Assembly (NCBI GenBank): GCA_963827685.1
Contig: CAWHBU010000006.1
Location: 480,001-544,000 of the forward strand
Direction of reading: 5' to 3'
Source: an uncultured delta proteobacterium
GTDB taxonomy: Bacteria > Desulfobacterota > BSN033 > UBA1163
Length of the DNA: 64,000 nt
Shown here: positions 39,563 through 49,905 of the stretch, in pieces
Layout: each line of letters begins with the position of its first letter
Numbering within the stretch: position 1 is the first letter of the stretch
The notes under the pieces: model-generated
Seen by the model: the letters and a program-made list of their open reading frames with translations, nothing else
Database searches by the model: none
Told to the model about the DNA's origin: nothing
Translations under genes and position numbers: made by a program

Positions 39563-39909
39563 GGTTTGGATTTTAGATCTCAAATTTCAGATCGAAGACT
39601 TCTCATGGCTGCCCTGTACCAGTTCGGTTCAGGGCCTGCCAGCTCGCCGATACGCGCCAAGAAAATTACCTCTGTCCCACTCATTGGATTCCCAAGGCCC
39701 GCTCTTACGGAGTAGACAGGGGGTAATATAATCAGTTTCAAACCAATATCCAATCTTAAATCTGCAATCTCAAATATGAAATAGCCCCTCAAACTGCCTT
39801 TTCGCTTGACGGATATGTGAAAATGGGTTAGTTTGGTACGTCTTAAAACTTTCCTAAATCTCAATGAGATTAATACCATAGGAAAGATCTTCACTCACAA
39901 GCAGAAGAA

Positions 39910-41391
39910 ATGGATGAAACGAGCGAGCTGATCCAACAGAGGATCAAGAAACTGGAGGTCTTGAGAAAGGAAGGAGTCGATCCTTATCCGAACGATTTCA
40001 GGGTGACCCATACCTCCGGAGATCTTCATGAGACCTTCGACTCCCTTTCTGATGAGGAATTGAAATCGGTTGGAGAGACCTTCTGCCTGGCGGGTCGGAT
40101 CATGGCGATCCGTGACTTCGGAAAAGCCAGTTTTATCCAGATTCAAGATCGGAGGGGAAGAATCCAGGCTTACCTTCAAAAGGATATTGTCGGCGAGGCT
40201 GCCTTTCAGCTCTTCAAAACATTCGATATCGGAGACTTCATCGGATTGGAGGGTAAAATTTTTCGAACCAGGACCCGTGAACTTACTCTCCAGGTTCAGA
40301 GCTTTCGACTTCTTGTGAAGTCTCTTCGACCCCTTCCGGAGAAGTGGCATGGTCTCACTGACATCGAAGCCCGCTATCGACAGCGATACTTGGATCTCAT
40401 CGCGAATTCCAAGGTCAAAGAGATTTTCCTCACACGAACTAAGGCAATTCAAAAGATACGGGATTTCTTTACCCAACGGGATTTCATGGAGGTGGAGACC
40501 CCTATGCTTCACCCTATCCCCGGGGGTGCGACAGCCAGGCCTTTCAAGACCCATCACAACGCCCTTGACATGGAGCTCTATATGAGGGTGGCCCCTGAAC
40601 TCTTTCTCAAACGATTGGTGATCGGAGGACTTGAAAGAGTCTTTGAGATCAATCGCTGTTTTCGAAATGAAGGGATCTCTACGCAACACAATCCCGAATT
40701 CACCATGCTCGAGTTTTATCAGAGCTATGCCAGTTATGAAGATATGATGAAGATGACCGAGGATCTTCTCTGCTCCATGGTCAAAGAAATTCACGGTGGA
40801 CTCCGCCTGACCTATCAGGGGAAGGAAATCGATTTTACTCCTCCCTGGAGGAGAATCCCCTTCAAAGAATCTCTTTTGGAGTACGGAAAGCTCGACCCAG
40901 TTGCCCTGAAAGAACCATCCAAAGCGATCGAGGTGGCCAAGGGGCTCGGCCTCGAACTGAAAAGGGGAACCTCCCATGGAAGAGTTTTGGCCGATCTCTT
41001 TAAAGAGAGGGTCGAGCCCCATCTTCGTCAACCTACCTTTGTGATTCATTATCCTACAGAGGTCTCTCCTCTCTCTCGCCGGAACGGGAAGGACCCTGAG
41101 GTGGTAGACCGATTTGAGCTCTTCATTGCAGGCCGGGAGATTGCCAATGGTTTCTCCGAACTGAATGATCCCGTCGATCAACGGGAACGTTTTGTCGAAC
41201 AGTTGAAAGAGAGAGAGGAGGAAGCCGGTATGGTTCTCACCCTCGATGAGGATTTTCTTCGGGCTCTTGAATTCGGAATGCCTCCCACGGCTGGCGAAGG
41301 AATTGGGATCGATCGTTGGATCATGCTCCTCACGGACGCGCCTTCGATCCGGGATGTCATCTTCTTCCCTTTACTCCGGATGGAGAAATGA
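39910..41391 (+). CDS. lysS: Lysine--tRNA ligase (class II)
   Basis: PLPEKWHGL, RYRQRYLDL, GGATARPF.THHN, FRNEG, HNPEFT, GMPPTAGEGIGIDR. Confidence 0.98.
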   Translation: MDETSELIQQRIKKLEVLRKEGVDPYPNDFRVTHTSGDLHETFDSLSDEELKSVGETFCLAGRIMAIRDFGKASFIQIQDRRGRIQAYLQKDIVGEAAFQLFKTFDIGDFIGLEGKIFRTRTRELTLQVQSFRLLVKSLRPLPEKWHGLTDIEARYRQRYLDLIANSKVKEIFLTRTKAIQKIRDFFTQRDFMEVETPMLHPIPGGATARPFKTHHNALDMELYMRVAPELFLKRLVIGGLERVFEINRCFRNEGISTQHNPEFTMLEFYQSYASYEDMMKMTEDLLCSMVKEIHGGLRLTYQGKEIDFTPPWRRIPFKESLLEYGKLDPVALKEPSKAIEVAKGLGLELKRGTSHGRVLADLFKERVEPHLRQPTFVIHYPTEVSPLSRRNGKDPEVVDRFELFIAGREIANGFSELNDPVDQRERFVEQLKEREEEAGMVLTLDEDFLRALEFGMPPTAGEGIGIDRWIMLLTDAPSIRDVIFFPLLRMEK

Positions 41392-41501
41392 TAAAGGGAT
41401 TGATAAACTGGGGAATTTAAGAATTCGTGTAATTTAAAAACCCAAGAAATTGAGGAATGATATAATTCGAAATTCCTCTATCCCCAAATTCGAGAATAAT
41501 T

Positions 41502-42752
41502 ATGAAATATGAATGGTTTATCGGTCTGAGATATCTCAAAGCTAAACGAAAACAGACCTTCATCTCGATCATCACGATCATTTCCATTGTCGGGGTCGCG
41601 GTGGGAGTGATGACCTTAATCGTTGTCTTGGCCGTGATGAATGGTTTTGAAAAGAATCTGAAGGAGAAGTTTTTAGGTACTCAGGCGCACCTCCATCTCA
41701 TTAAGGCTACTCAAGAAGGAATTGACCATTATGAGGAAGTGATCAAGCAGGTTGAAGAGGTGAAAGGTGTGGCCGCGGCAGCCCCCTTCATTTTCAACCA
41801 GGTGATGCTCTCTTCCGAATCGAATGTTTTTGGTGTCGTCCTCAACGGGATCGATCCGGACCGAGTTGGAAAAGTGACTGACTTGGCCCGCAATATGAAG
41901 GCCGGGCGCCTCCAGGATCTAAAGGGGGAAACTGATTCTCCAGGCATCATCCTCGGAGTTGAATTAGCCAAGCATCTCGGTGTGACACTCAACGATGCGA
42001 TCCAGGTGATCTCTCCTCTTGGCACCATAACGCCCATGGGAATGATGCCCAAGATGAAGCGTTTTCGTGTCGTAGGAATCTTTTACTCGGGTATGTATGA
42101 GTTCGACAATACACTCGCCTATATCTCGATTGAAAGCGCACAAAAGTTTTTCGGCATGGGAGCCCGCGTCACAGACATTGAGATCAAAACCAACGATATC
42201 TATAAAGTGAAAGAAATTGGCAAGGAGATCCGGCAAAAGCTGGGATTCCCCTTCTGGACGAAGGACTGGATGGAGATGAACAGAAATCTCTTCTCTGCCA
42301 TGAAGCTGGAGAAGATCGCCATGTTTATCATTCTTGTACTGACTGTACTGGTCGCTGCTTTGAATATCATTTCTACACTCATTATGGTCGTGATGGAGAA
42401 GAATAAAGACATTGCCATACTAAAATCGATGGGGACGCCGTCGAAGGGTATTTTGAGAATTTTTATCATCGAGGGAGGCATCATCGGAATGGTCGGAACG
42501 GCTCTTGGAACAATCCTTGGTTTGGGTATCGCATTCAATTTAGATAAGATCGTTGCATTTTTAGAAAACCGTTTTGGTTTCAAAATTTTTTCGCCAGACG
42601 TATATTATATTGAAAAATTTCCTTCTCAGGTCAATCCGATGGATGTTGGGCTAATCATCATGACCGCAATCCTCATCAGTCTCCTGGCTACTCTTTATCC
42701 TTCTTGGAGGGCATCGAGACTTGACCCCGCTGAGGCATTGCGATATGAGTAG
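41502..42752 (+). CDS. lolC: Lipoprotein-releasing ABC transporter permease (LolC/E)
   Basis: IGLRYLKAKRK, AVMNGFE, EKNKDIAILKSMG, YPSWRASRLDPAEALRYE. Confidence 0.93.
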   Translation: MKYEWFIGLRYLKAKRKQTFISIITIISIVGVAVGVMTLIVVLAVMNGFEKNLKEKFLGTQAHLHLIKATQEGIDHYEEVIKQVEEVKGVAAAAPFIFNQVMLSSESNVFGVVLNGIDPDRVGKVTDLARNMKAGRLQDLKGETDSPGIILGVELAKHLGVTLNDAIQVISPLGTITPMGMMPKMKRFRVVGIFYSGMYEFDNTLAYISIESAQKFFGMGARVTDIEIKTNDIYKVKEIGKEIRQKLGFPFWTKDWMEMNRNLFSAMKLEKIAMFIILVLTVLVAALNIISTLIMVVMEKNKDIAILKSMGTPSKGILRIFIIEGGIIGMVGTALGTILGLGIAFNLDKIVAFLENRFGFKIFSPDVYYIEKFPSQVNPMDVGLIIMTAILISLLATLYPSWRASRLDPAEALRYE

Positions 42753-42759
42753 GGATAGG

Positions 42760-43926
42760 ATGTCCTTTAAAGAAAAGGCTCAGAAGGCTCTCTCCCGTGG
42801 GGAATGGAAGAAGGCACTTGAATGCTTTCGAAATCATTGCGCCTCAGAACCAGAGGATCTTCGATCCCAGCTGAAGGTGGCCGAAGTGCTGGAGCGCTTA
42901 GGTCAAAAGGAAGAGGCCGTCCAAATGTATCGAAAGGTGGCCGAAGTGTATGCCCTGGATGGCTTTCTGCTTCAAGCCATTTCGATCAATAAAATGATCT
43001 TAAGGGTTGATCCAACCTCTCAGGATGTCAATCATCGGTTGGCACAACTCTATGCAGAAAAAACGAGAGAGATGAAACCCCTGCGTCCATTCCCGCACAT
43101 CCCTCTCTTCTCTGAGCTCAATGAACAGGAGCTTCAATCCCTGCTCTCCCACCTCGAAAGCAAAACCTTTCCGAAGGGAGCCTTGATCTGCCGGGAGGGA
43201 GAAGGGGGGGATTCCCTCTTTGTCATCAGTCGGGGAGAGGTGTCTATTACCAAGCAGATGCCAGAGAGGAGGGAGGTGCGTGTCCGCAACCTCAGGGATG
43301 GGGATTTCTTTGGAGAGTTTGGTTTCTTTATAGATCAAAAAAGACATGCCACGGTCCGGGCCATCACAGAATGTGAGATTCTGGAAATCTCCAGAAATGC
43401 GCTGAACAAGATGATCGAGATCCATCCCAGACTGAACGAGGTGCTCCAGAACCTCTTCAAGGAAAGAATTTTGGATAACTTCTTCGCTCTTTCCCCCATC
43501 TTCTCATCCCTCGCCTCCAGCGAGCGAGGAGAGTTCATGAAACGATTTCATCTTCGTGAAATCCCCGAAGGAACGACGCTCTTCAAAGGAGGGGATCCTC
43601 CCACCTCCCTCTATATGGTGAGAAGCGGCGAAGTGGAGATATTTACTCAAAACCGTCATGGGAAAAAAGTGTTATTAGCACTTTTGGAAAGTGGAAATTT
43701 TTTTGGTGAGATCGGGCCTCTCTTCGATAAACCCCGCACAGCGAATGCGAGGACTACCCGTCCTACCGAATTAATGGAAATGACAAAGGAAGACTTCAAC
43801 GCCTGCCTCCTTCGATTCCCGAACCTTCAGACGAAACTCAAAGAGATTTCTCTGAAGCGCCTCTCGCAGACAAAAGAACTTCTCTCCCAAGAGGCCATTC
43901 AAAAAGCTAAGGAGGCAATGGTTTGA
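42760..43926 (+). CDS. TPR plus tandem cyclic-nucleotide-binding domain protein
   Basis: N-terminal TPR-like helices, then two CNB domains (GDFFGEFG...RHATV and GNFFGEIG...PRTANA). No HTH. Confidence 0.88.
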   Translation: MSFKEKAQKALSRGEWKKALECFRNHCASEPEDLRSQLKVAEVLERLGQKEEAVQMYRKVAEVYALDGFLLQAISINKMILRVDPTSQDVNHRLAQLYAEKTREMKPLRPFPHIPLFSELNEQELQSLLSHLESKTFPKGALICREGEGGDSLFVISRGEVSITKQMPERREVRVRNLRDGDFFGEFGFFIDQKRHATVRAITECEILEISRNALNKMIEIHPRLNEVLQNLFKERILDNFFALSPIFSSLASSERGEFMKRFHLREIPEGTTLFKGGDPPTSLYMVRSGEVEIFTQNRHGKKVLLALLESGNFFGEIGPLFDKPRTANARTTRPTELMEMTKEDFNACLLRFPNLQTKLKEISLKRLSQTKELLSQEAIQKAKEAMV

Positions 43927-44597
43927 AAGAATTCATTCAAGTCCAACAGCTTTTCAAGGCTTATGGAAATGGAGCCAAACGGGTCGAGGTCCTCAAGGGA
44001 GCAGATCTCACTTTTTCCCGAGCGGAGAAGGCTGCCATTGTTGGCGCCTCGGGTGTAGGGAAAACCACTCTCCTCCACATCTTAGGTACGCTTGATCGGC
44101 CCACCGCAGGAAAGGTTCTCTATGAAGGAAAAGACATCTATACCTTGAATGAAAAGGATCTTGCCCTCTTCCGAAATCGTGAGATCGGATTTGTCTTTCA
44201 ATTCCATCATCTGCTTCCCGAATTCAATGCCTTGGAGAATACGATGATGCCTTGTCTGATCCAGGGAATCCCGAAACGGGAGTCAGCCTCTCGGGCGGAA
44301 GCGATTCTCACGTTGGTGGGACTTAAGGAGCGCCTTGCTCATAAACCAGGGGAGCTTTCCGGCGGAGAACAACAACGCGTGGCAGTAGCCAGAGCTTTGG
44401 TTTTGGAACCGAAAGTCTTGCTGGCCGATGAACCCACCGGAAACTTGGATACCAAGACAGGAGAGTCTGTCTTTGACCTTCTCCGGGAAATGAACCAGAT
44501 CAAAGGGATCACCCTCATCGTCGTCACGCACAACATAAAATTGGCTGAAAAATTGTCCCGCCAGATCCAGCTCATCGATGGAAAGGCGTTGGGATAG
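43923..44597 (+). CDS. lolD: Lipoprotein-releasing ABC transporter ATPase
   Basis: GASGVGKTT, GFVFQFHHLL, LSGGEQQRVA, ADEPTGNLD. Confidence 0.95.
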   Translation: MKEFIQVQQLFKAYGNGAKRVEVLKGADLTFSRAEKAAIVGASGVGKTTLLHILGTLDRPTAGKVLYEGKDIYTLNEKDLALFRNREIGFVFQFHHLLPEFNALENTMMPCLIQGIPKRESASRAEAILTLVGLKERLAHKPGELSGGEQQRVAVARALVLEPKVLLADEPTGNLDTKTGESVFDLLREMNQIKGITLIVVTHNIKLAEKLSRQIQLIDGKALG

Positions 44598-44727
44598 ACA
44601 ATGTCCCCTTTACAAAAAAATAAAGATTTGATATGAAGATGAAAATTTTTTCATCCCATCCGCTCCCCTGTAAAAATTGGGGCAGAGGGGCTGTATCAGA
44701 TTTCAAAGAATGGGAAGGAACCTGAAC

Positions 44728-46989
44728 ATGATTATGAGACAAATTGGGCTTGTGCTCCTTGCCTCCTCTCTTCTCATAGGAATAAGCGTTGGAATAGGCG
44801 CTGGAGCGGAGGAAAACATTTACAAGGTCATGATCCTTGGAAATGTAAAGGTTGAAGAAGGGGTCATTCGAGGAGCGATCAAGAGCCGGGAGGGAGGTCC
44901 CTTTTCTGTCGAGAAGGTCCGTGAGGATCTACGATCTATTTTTGATTTGGGTTCCTTCACCGATGTTCAAGTGGACATCAAATCGACCCCTCAGGGCAAA
45001 GAAGTGATCTTCATTGTCGCGGAAAAGCCTTCGATCAAAGAGATCTTGATCAAGGGAAATGACAAGGTGAAGCTGGACGATATCAAAGAGAAGATGACCC
45101 TCAAGACACGCTCGATCCTCAACCTCGAAAAGGTGAAAGAGGATTCGGAACAGATCCGGAAACTTTATTTCTCGAAAGGTTATTATGGGGTCAAGGTGGA
45201 ATATAAGGTCGACTATCTGGAAACCAATGAAGCCATAGTCACTTTTACAGTCTCGGAAGGCCCTAAGGGACATATCCAAAAAATAGTCTTCAAGGGGAAC
45301 AAGCATATTAAAACCTCCGAATTGAAGAAGGGGATGACGACCAAACGGAGGAATATTTTTTCCATCATCACCAAGACCGGGACCTTAGATGAAGATGTTC
45401 TTAAAAATGACCTTCAACTCCTGACCGCCTACTATTATGATCATGGGTATCTCGAAGCGAAGATCTCTGAACCCAAGGTCGATCTCTCCAACCCGAAAAA
45501 GATCCGGATCGAGATTGGGATTGTGGAAGGACCTCAATATCATCTCGGGAATATCGACTTCAAAGGGGATCTCCTCACCACCAAAGAAGCCCTCTTCAAA
45601 GTTCTCAAAATAAAGCGGGGAGACGTCTTTAGCAACACGGCCATTCGAAAGGAGGTCAATGCCCTCACGGAAAAGTTTGCCAATCAAGGCTATGCTTATG
45701 TAGAGGTCAACCCTGAAACCTCCGTGGACAATAAGAATCTCTTAGTCCACCTCACCTTTGAAATTGAAAAGAAGAAAAGCGTCTATTATGAAAAGATTCA
45801 GGTCGTTGGGAATACGAAGACCCGTGACAAGGTGATCCGCAGGGAGCTCCGGGTGGCCGAAGGAGACCTTTACAACGCTACCGATATGAATTATAGTCGC
45901 GACCGACTGAAAAGGACAGGGTTCTTTAAAGAGGTGGACTTTACCACCAGCCGTGGGAGCACCGAAGAAAAAATCAACCTTGATATCAAAGTCGAGGAGG
46001 CTCCGACAGGTGCCCTCAGTTTCGGAATTGGGTATAGTACCATCGAGAGCGTCGTGGGCTCTGCCTCGATCTCCGACCGCAATCTCTTCGGTTTGGGCTA
46101 TTTTGGAATGTTGAAGTTCAGCCTGGGATTTGAAACCCAAAGTGCTCGGTTGAGCCTTACAGACCCCTATTTTTTGGGATATCCTTATGCGGCAGGTTTT
46201 GACCTCTATCACGAAAGGGTGGAGATCTTCACAACTTATTCCTGGAAAATTACAGGAGGGGATATCCGTTTCGGAAAGGAATTGACCGATAAGATTCGCA
46301 TTGATGCGATGTATAAATTGGAGAACGTCGATGTCTATAATGTGGCAAGTGATGCCTCGATCTATATCATAGACCAGCAAGGGAAGAGGACGACCAGCTC
46401 CATTGCTTTAACCCCTTCCATTGACACCCGTGACGACTTCTTCAATCCTCGTCGGGGAGGTCGACACAGCTTTTCCATTCAAGACGCAGGAGGGTTTTTA
46501 GGGGGGGATAACTATTTCGTCAAGGTATTGGGACAGACCAGTTGGTTTTTCCCGTTACCTTTAAGAACAACCCTCAATCTTCGTGGCCAGGCCGGGTTCA
46601 TTGCTCCTTATAGTGGAAAGGCTTTACCGATCTATGAAAAATTCTTCGTCGGAGGTATCAACACTGTCCGAGGTTTCGAATACGGAAAGGCGGGACCGAT
46701 CGATACACCAACCGGAGATCCCCTTGGTGCGAAAAAGATGGTGGTCTTCAATCTGGACTGGATCTTCCCTTTGTCCCGTGAGATTGGCTTGCAAGGAGCT
46801 TTGTTCTTCGATATAGGGAAGGGATTTGATAAGTTTAGCGATATCACCCCGTTGAGATTCGGGGCGGGGCCTGGAATTCGTTGGTTCTCTCCGTTTGGCC
46901 CCATCCATATCGATCTGGGGTTTAACCTCAACCGCAAAAAAGGGGAGAAAGGACAAGTGATTGAATTTACTGGTGGATCCGTTTATTAA
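44728..46989 (+). CDS. bamA: Outer-membrane protein assembly factor
   Basis: POTRA repeats (GN.KTRDKVIRRE), VRGF loop, WFSPFGP. Start approximate. Confidence 0.95.
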   Translation: MIMRQIGLVLLASSLLIGISVGIGAGAEENIYKVMILGNVKVEEGVIRGAIKSREGGPFSVEKVREDLRSIFDLGSFTDVQVDIKSTPQGKEVIFIVAEKPSIKEILIKGNDKVKLDDIKEKMTLKTRSILNLEKVKEDSEQIRKLYFSKGYYGVKVEYKVDYLETNEAIVTFTVSEGPKGHIQKIVFKGNKHIKTSELKKGMTTKRRNIFSIITKTGTLDEDVLKNDLQLLTAYYYDHGYLEAKISEPKVDLSNPKKIRIEIGIVEGPQYHLGNIDFKGDLLTTKEALFKVLKIKRGDVFSNTAIRKEVNALTEKFANQGYAYVEVNPETSVDNKNLLVHLTFEIEKKKSVYYEKIQVVGNTKTRDKVIRRELRVAEGDLYNATDMNYSRDRLKRTGFFKEVDFTTSRGSTEEKINLDIKVEEAPTGALSFGIGYSTIESVVGSASISDRNLFGLGYFGMLKFSLGFETQSARLSLTDPYFLGYPYAAGFDLYHERVEIFTTYSWKITGGDIRFGKELTDKIRIDAMYKLENVDVYNVASDASIYIIDQQGKRTTSSIALTPSIDTRDDFFNPRRGGRHSFSIQDAGGFLGGDNYFVKVLGQTSWFFPLPLRTTLNLRGQAGFIAPYSGKALPIYEKFFVGGINTVRGFEYGKAGPIDTPTGDPLGAKKMVVFNLDWIFPLSREIGLQGALFFDIGKGFDKFSDITPLRFGAGPGIRWFSPFGPIHIDLGFNLNRKKGEKGQVIEFTGGSVY

Positions 46990-47032
46990 AAAATTTGTAT
47001 CGGTGTTAAACTTAATTTAAGAGAGAGGAGCA

Positions 47033-47554
47033 ATGAAGATGCATGGAAAAAAGTTAGGTGTTGTGGTAGGAATGGTCCTGTTGGGATGGTTTGGGTCTGT
47101 TTGGGCTGCGGATTTAAAGGTGGCTTACGTCGATATCCAGAAGGCGATGAATGAATGCAATTCAGGAAAAGAGGCTAAAAAAGCGATTCAAAAGGAAATG
47201 GACAAACTTCAACACCAATTCCAAGAGAAACAAAAAGAGCTCCAAACGATGAAAGAGACGTTAGATAAACAAACCTCCATGCTCACCCCGGATGCCAGGG
47301 CAAATAAGGAAAAGGAATTCCAGACGAAAGTCCGGGATTATCAGAGATGGTTGGATGACAATCAGAAGGAGATCCAACAAAAGGGGATCGAGATGGAACG
47401 AAACATCACTAGCGGCCTCCAGAAGGTGATTCAAAAAGTGGGTGCAGACGAGGGTTACACACTTATCCTGGAAGGGGGCATTTTGCTCTATGGCTCCAAG
47501 ACCCTTGATATTACCGATCGGGTGATCAAAGCGTACGATGCCCAGAAAAAATAA
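47033..47554 (+). CDS. skp: Periplasmic chaperone OmpH/Skp
   Basis: Signal peptide, KVAYVD, coiled coil, DITDRVI. Confidence 0.92.
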   Translation: MKMHGKKLGVVVGMVLLGWFGSVWAADLKVAYVDIQKAMNECNSGKEAKKAIQKEMDKLQHQFQEKQKELQTMKETLDKQTSMLTPDARANKEKEFQTKVRDYQRWLDDNQKEIQQKGIEMERNITSGLQKVIQKVGADEGYTLILEGGILLYGSKTLDITDRVIKAYDAQKK

Positions 47555-47650
47555 CCTTTCAGATTGCAGATCCTAGATTGCAAATTGGAAAAATCTTAAA
47601 TCTACCATCTGAAACTTACAATCCGAATCGACTGAGATTAGGCAACGAGG

Positions 47651-48697
47651 ATGAAAAAGAAGCTCAAAGAATTGGCCCAATGGGTGGGTGGAACAGTGGT
47701 TGGAGATGGAGAGATAGAAATCTCTGGAGTGGCAGCTATTGAAGAGGCCCGAATTGGAGAGATCACTTTCATCGCCAGCCCGAAATACCTCCCGAACCTC
47801 AGGGAAACCAATGCCTCGGCGATCATCGTATCGAAAGAGGTGACCCAGGCGAACAGACCTCTCCTTTGCGTGGCCAATCCCCATTTAGCCTTTACCAAGA
47901 TTCTCACCCTCTTTTCCGAAAAACCTTACCAACCCAAAGGGATCGATTCCCACACCTGGATCAGCCCTACAGCAAAATTAGGAAAAGATCTGACCCTCTA
48001 TCCGTTCGTCTATATTGGTGACCGCTGCTCGATTGGAGATCGGGTCACCCTTTATCCTGGGGTCTATGTGGGCGAGGACTCCGCCATCGGAGAGGACTCG
48101 ATCCTTTACTCCCATGTCTCCATCTATTCCGGGACACTCATTGGAAAACGGGTGATTCTTCACAGCGGGGTGGTGGTCGGAAGTGATGGATTCGCATATG
48201 TGAAGGAAGGAAAGAAGAATGTGAAAATCCCCCAGGTGGGAAGAGCGGAAATTGAGGACGATGTCGAAATCGGCGCCAATACCACGATCGATCGAGCCGC
48301 ATTGGGCAGGACGATCATCCGGAGAGGGGTGAAGATCGATAACCTTGTTCAGGTTGCCCATACTGTCGTGATCGGTGAGGACTCGATCCTCTGCGCCCAG
48401 GTGGGAATTTCAGGCTCCACAAAGATCGGAAGCAATGTCACCTTGGCTGGGCAGGTGGGAGTGGTGGATCACGTTGAAATTGGAGACGATGTCATGGTGG
48501 GCGCTCAATCCGGAGTGATGAACGATCTGCCTTCCAACCAAGCCTACATCGGAAGTCCTGCATTGCCTCATCGTGAGTTTCTCCGGGCGGCCGCTCTCTT
48601 TCCGAAATTGCCGGAGATGAGAAAGACCCTCATCGAAATCGAGAAGCGCCTAAAAAAGATTGAAGAGACGCTCTCTTCGAGAGGGAAGGAGAAGTAG
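47651..48697 (+). CDS. lpxD: UDP-3-O-acylglucosamine N-acyltransferase
   Basis: Hexapeptide repeats, GSDGF.Y, EIGANTTIDR, KIDNLVQVAH. Confidence 0.96.
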   Translation: MKKKLKELAQWVGGTVVGDGEIEISGVAAIEEARIGEITFIASPKYLPNLRETNASAIIVSKEVTQANRPLLCVANPHLAFTKILTLFSEKPYQPKGIDSHTWISPTAKLGKDLTLYPFVYIGDRCSIGDRVTLYPGVYVGEDSAIGEDSILYSHVSIYSGTLIGKRVILHSGVVVGSDGFAYVKEGKKNVKIPQVGRAEIEDDVEIGANTTIDRAALGRTIIRRGVKIDNLVQVAHTVVIGEDSILCAQVGISGSTKIGSNVTLAGQVGVVDHVEIGDDVMVGAQSGVMNDLPSNQAYIGSPALPHREFLRAAALFPKLPEMRKTLIEIEKRLKKIEETLSSRGKEK

Positions 48698-49135
48698 ATG
48701 ATTGAGATTAAAGAGATCATGAACATCCTCCCCCATGCTTATCCTTTTCTATTGGTGGATCGGATTGTGGAAGTGGAGCCCGGAAAGCGGATCGTTGGGA
48801 TTAAGAACGTCACTTACAACGAACCCTTTTTCCCGGGTCATTTTCCAGGTCGCCCCATTATGCCGGGTGTGCTGATTGTGGAGGCCATGGCCCAGACGGC
48901 TGGGATGCTCGTTTTCAAATCGACGCCTGAGGAAAGCCACAAGAAGCCGGTCTTCTTTTTGGGCATGGACAATGTCAAGTTTAGAAAACCGGTCATCCCA
49001 GGAGATCAACTTCGTCTCGAGATCGAGATCACCAAGCATCGTCAATCGATCTGGGGATTTAAAGGAAAGGCATTGGTCGATGGAAAATTAGTGGCTGAAG
49101 CAGAACTCTTAGCCATGTTAGGAGAAGAAGAATGA
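48698..49135 (+). CDS. fabZ: 3-hydroxyacyl-ACP dehydratase
   Basis: LPHAYPFLLVDR, GHFP..PIMPGVLIVEAMAQ. Confidence 0.97.
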   Translation: MIEIKEIMNILPHAYPFLLVDRIVEVEPGKRIVGIKNVTYNEPFFPGHFPGRPIMPGVLIVEAMAQTAGMLVFKSTPEESHKKPVFFLGMDNVKFRKPVIPGDQLRLEIEITKHRQSIWGFKGKALVDGKLVAEAELLAMLGEEE

Positions 49136-49905
49136 TTCATCCCACTGCCATCATCGACCCAAATGCTGAAATCGGTGAGGAAGTTGAGATCGGTCCTTAC
49201 TCGGTGATTGAAAAGGGTGTTTTCATTGGCGAGGGGACGAAGATCGGGCCCCATGTCGTCATCCGGGGAGGGACTCACATCGGGAAACGATGTCAGATCT
49301 TTCAGTTTGCCTCCATTGGAGAAGCCCCTCAGTCCTTCGGATACAAGGGAGAAAAGACCTTTCTTCAGATTGGCGATCAAAATATCGTCCGAGAGTGTGT
49401 CACGCTCCATCGAGGTACTCCTCATGGGGGCGGGAAGACCGTTATTGGGGATAACAACTACTTCATGGCCTACTGCCATGTGGCTCATGATTGTCAAATT
49501 GGAAATGATGTCGTCATTTCTAATGCAGTAGCCCTGGCCGGACACATTGTGATCGAAGATCGGGCCATCATCGGAGGGATCGTCGCTATCCACCAGTTCT
49601 GTCGAGTCGGTACCCACGCTTTTATCGGCGGTGTCTCCGGTGTCACTTTAGACATCCCTCCCTATATGTTGGCTTCCGGAAGCCACGTTAAACTCTTTGG
49701 GCTCAACAACGTCGGTCTCAAAAGGGCGAACTTTTCAGAGGAGACCATGAAGGCCCTGAAGAAGGCCTACCGCATTATTTTTCGTTCCGGTCTGACATTG
49801 GAGAAAGCGATGAAGAAGGTGGGGGAAGATGAAATCTCTCACGTCCCAGAGGTCCAACATCTCCTCCATTTCATTCAGCATTCGAAGAGAGGGATTGCCC
49901 GTTAA
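49132..49905 (+). CDS. lpxA: UDP-GlcNAc acyltransferase
   Basis: IHPTAII, RE.VTLHRGT, HVAHDC, HQFCRVG. Confidence 0.97.
   Translation: MIHPTAIIDPNAEIGEEVEIGPYSVIEKGVFIGEGTKIGPHVVIRGGTHIGKRCQIFQFASIGEAPQSFGYKGEKTFLQIGDQNIVRECVTLHRGTPHGGGKTVIGDNNYFMAYCHVAHDCQIGNDVVISNAVALAGHIVIEDRAIIGGIVAIHQFCRVGTHAFIGGVSGVTLDIPPYMLASGSHVKLFGLNNVGLKRANFSEETMKALKKAYRIIFRSGLTLEKAMKKVGEDEISHVPEVQHLLHFIQHSKRGIAR

Noticed and set aside
39895-41181. 428-aa minus-strand ORF
   Set aside because: Antisense to lysS, a common codon-bias artefact.
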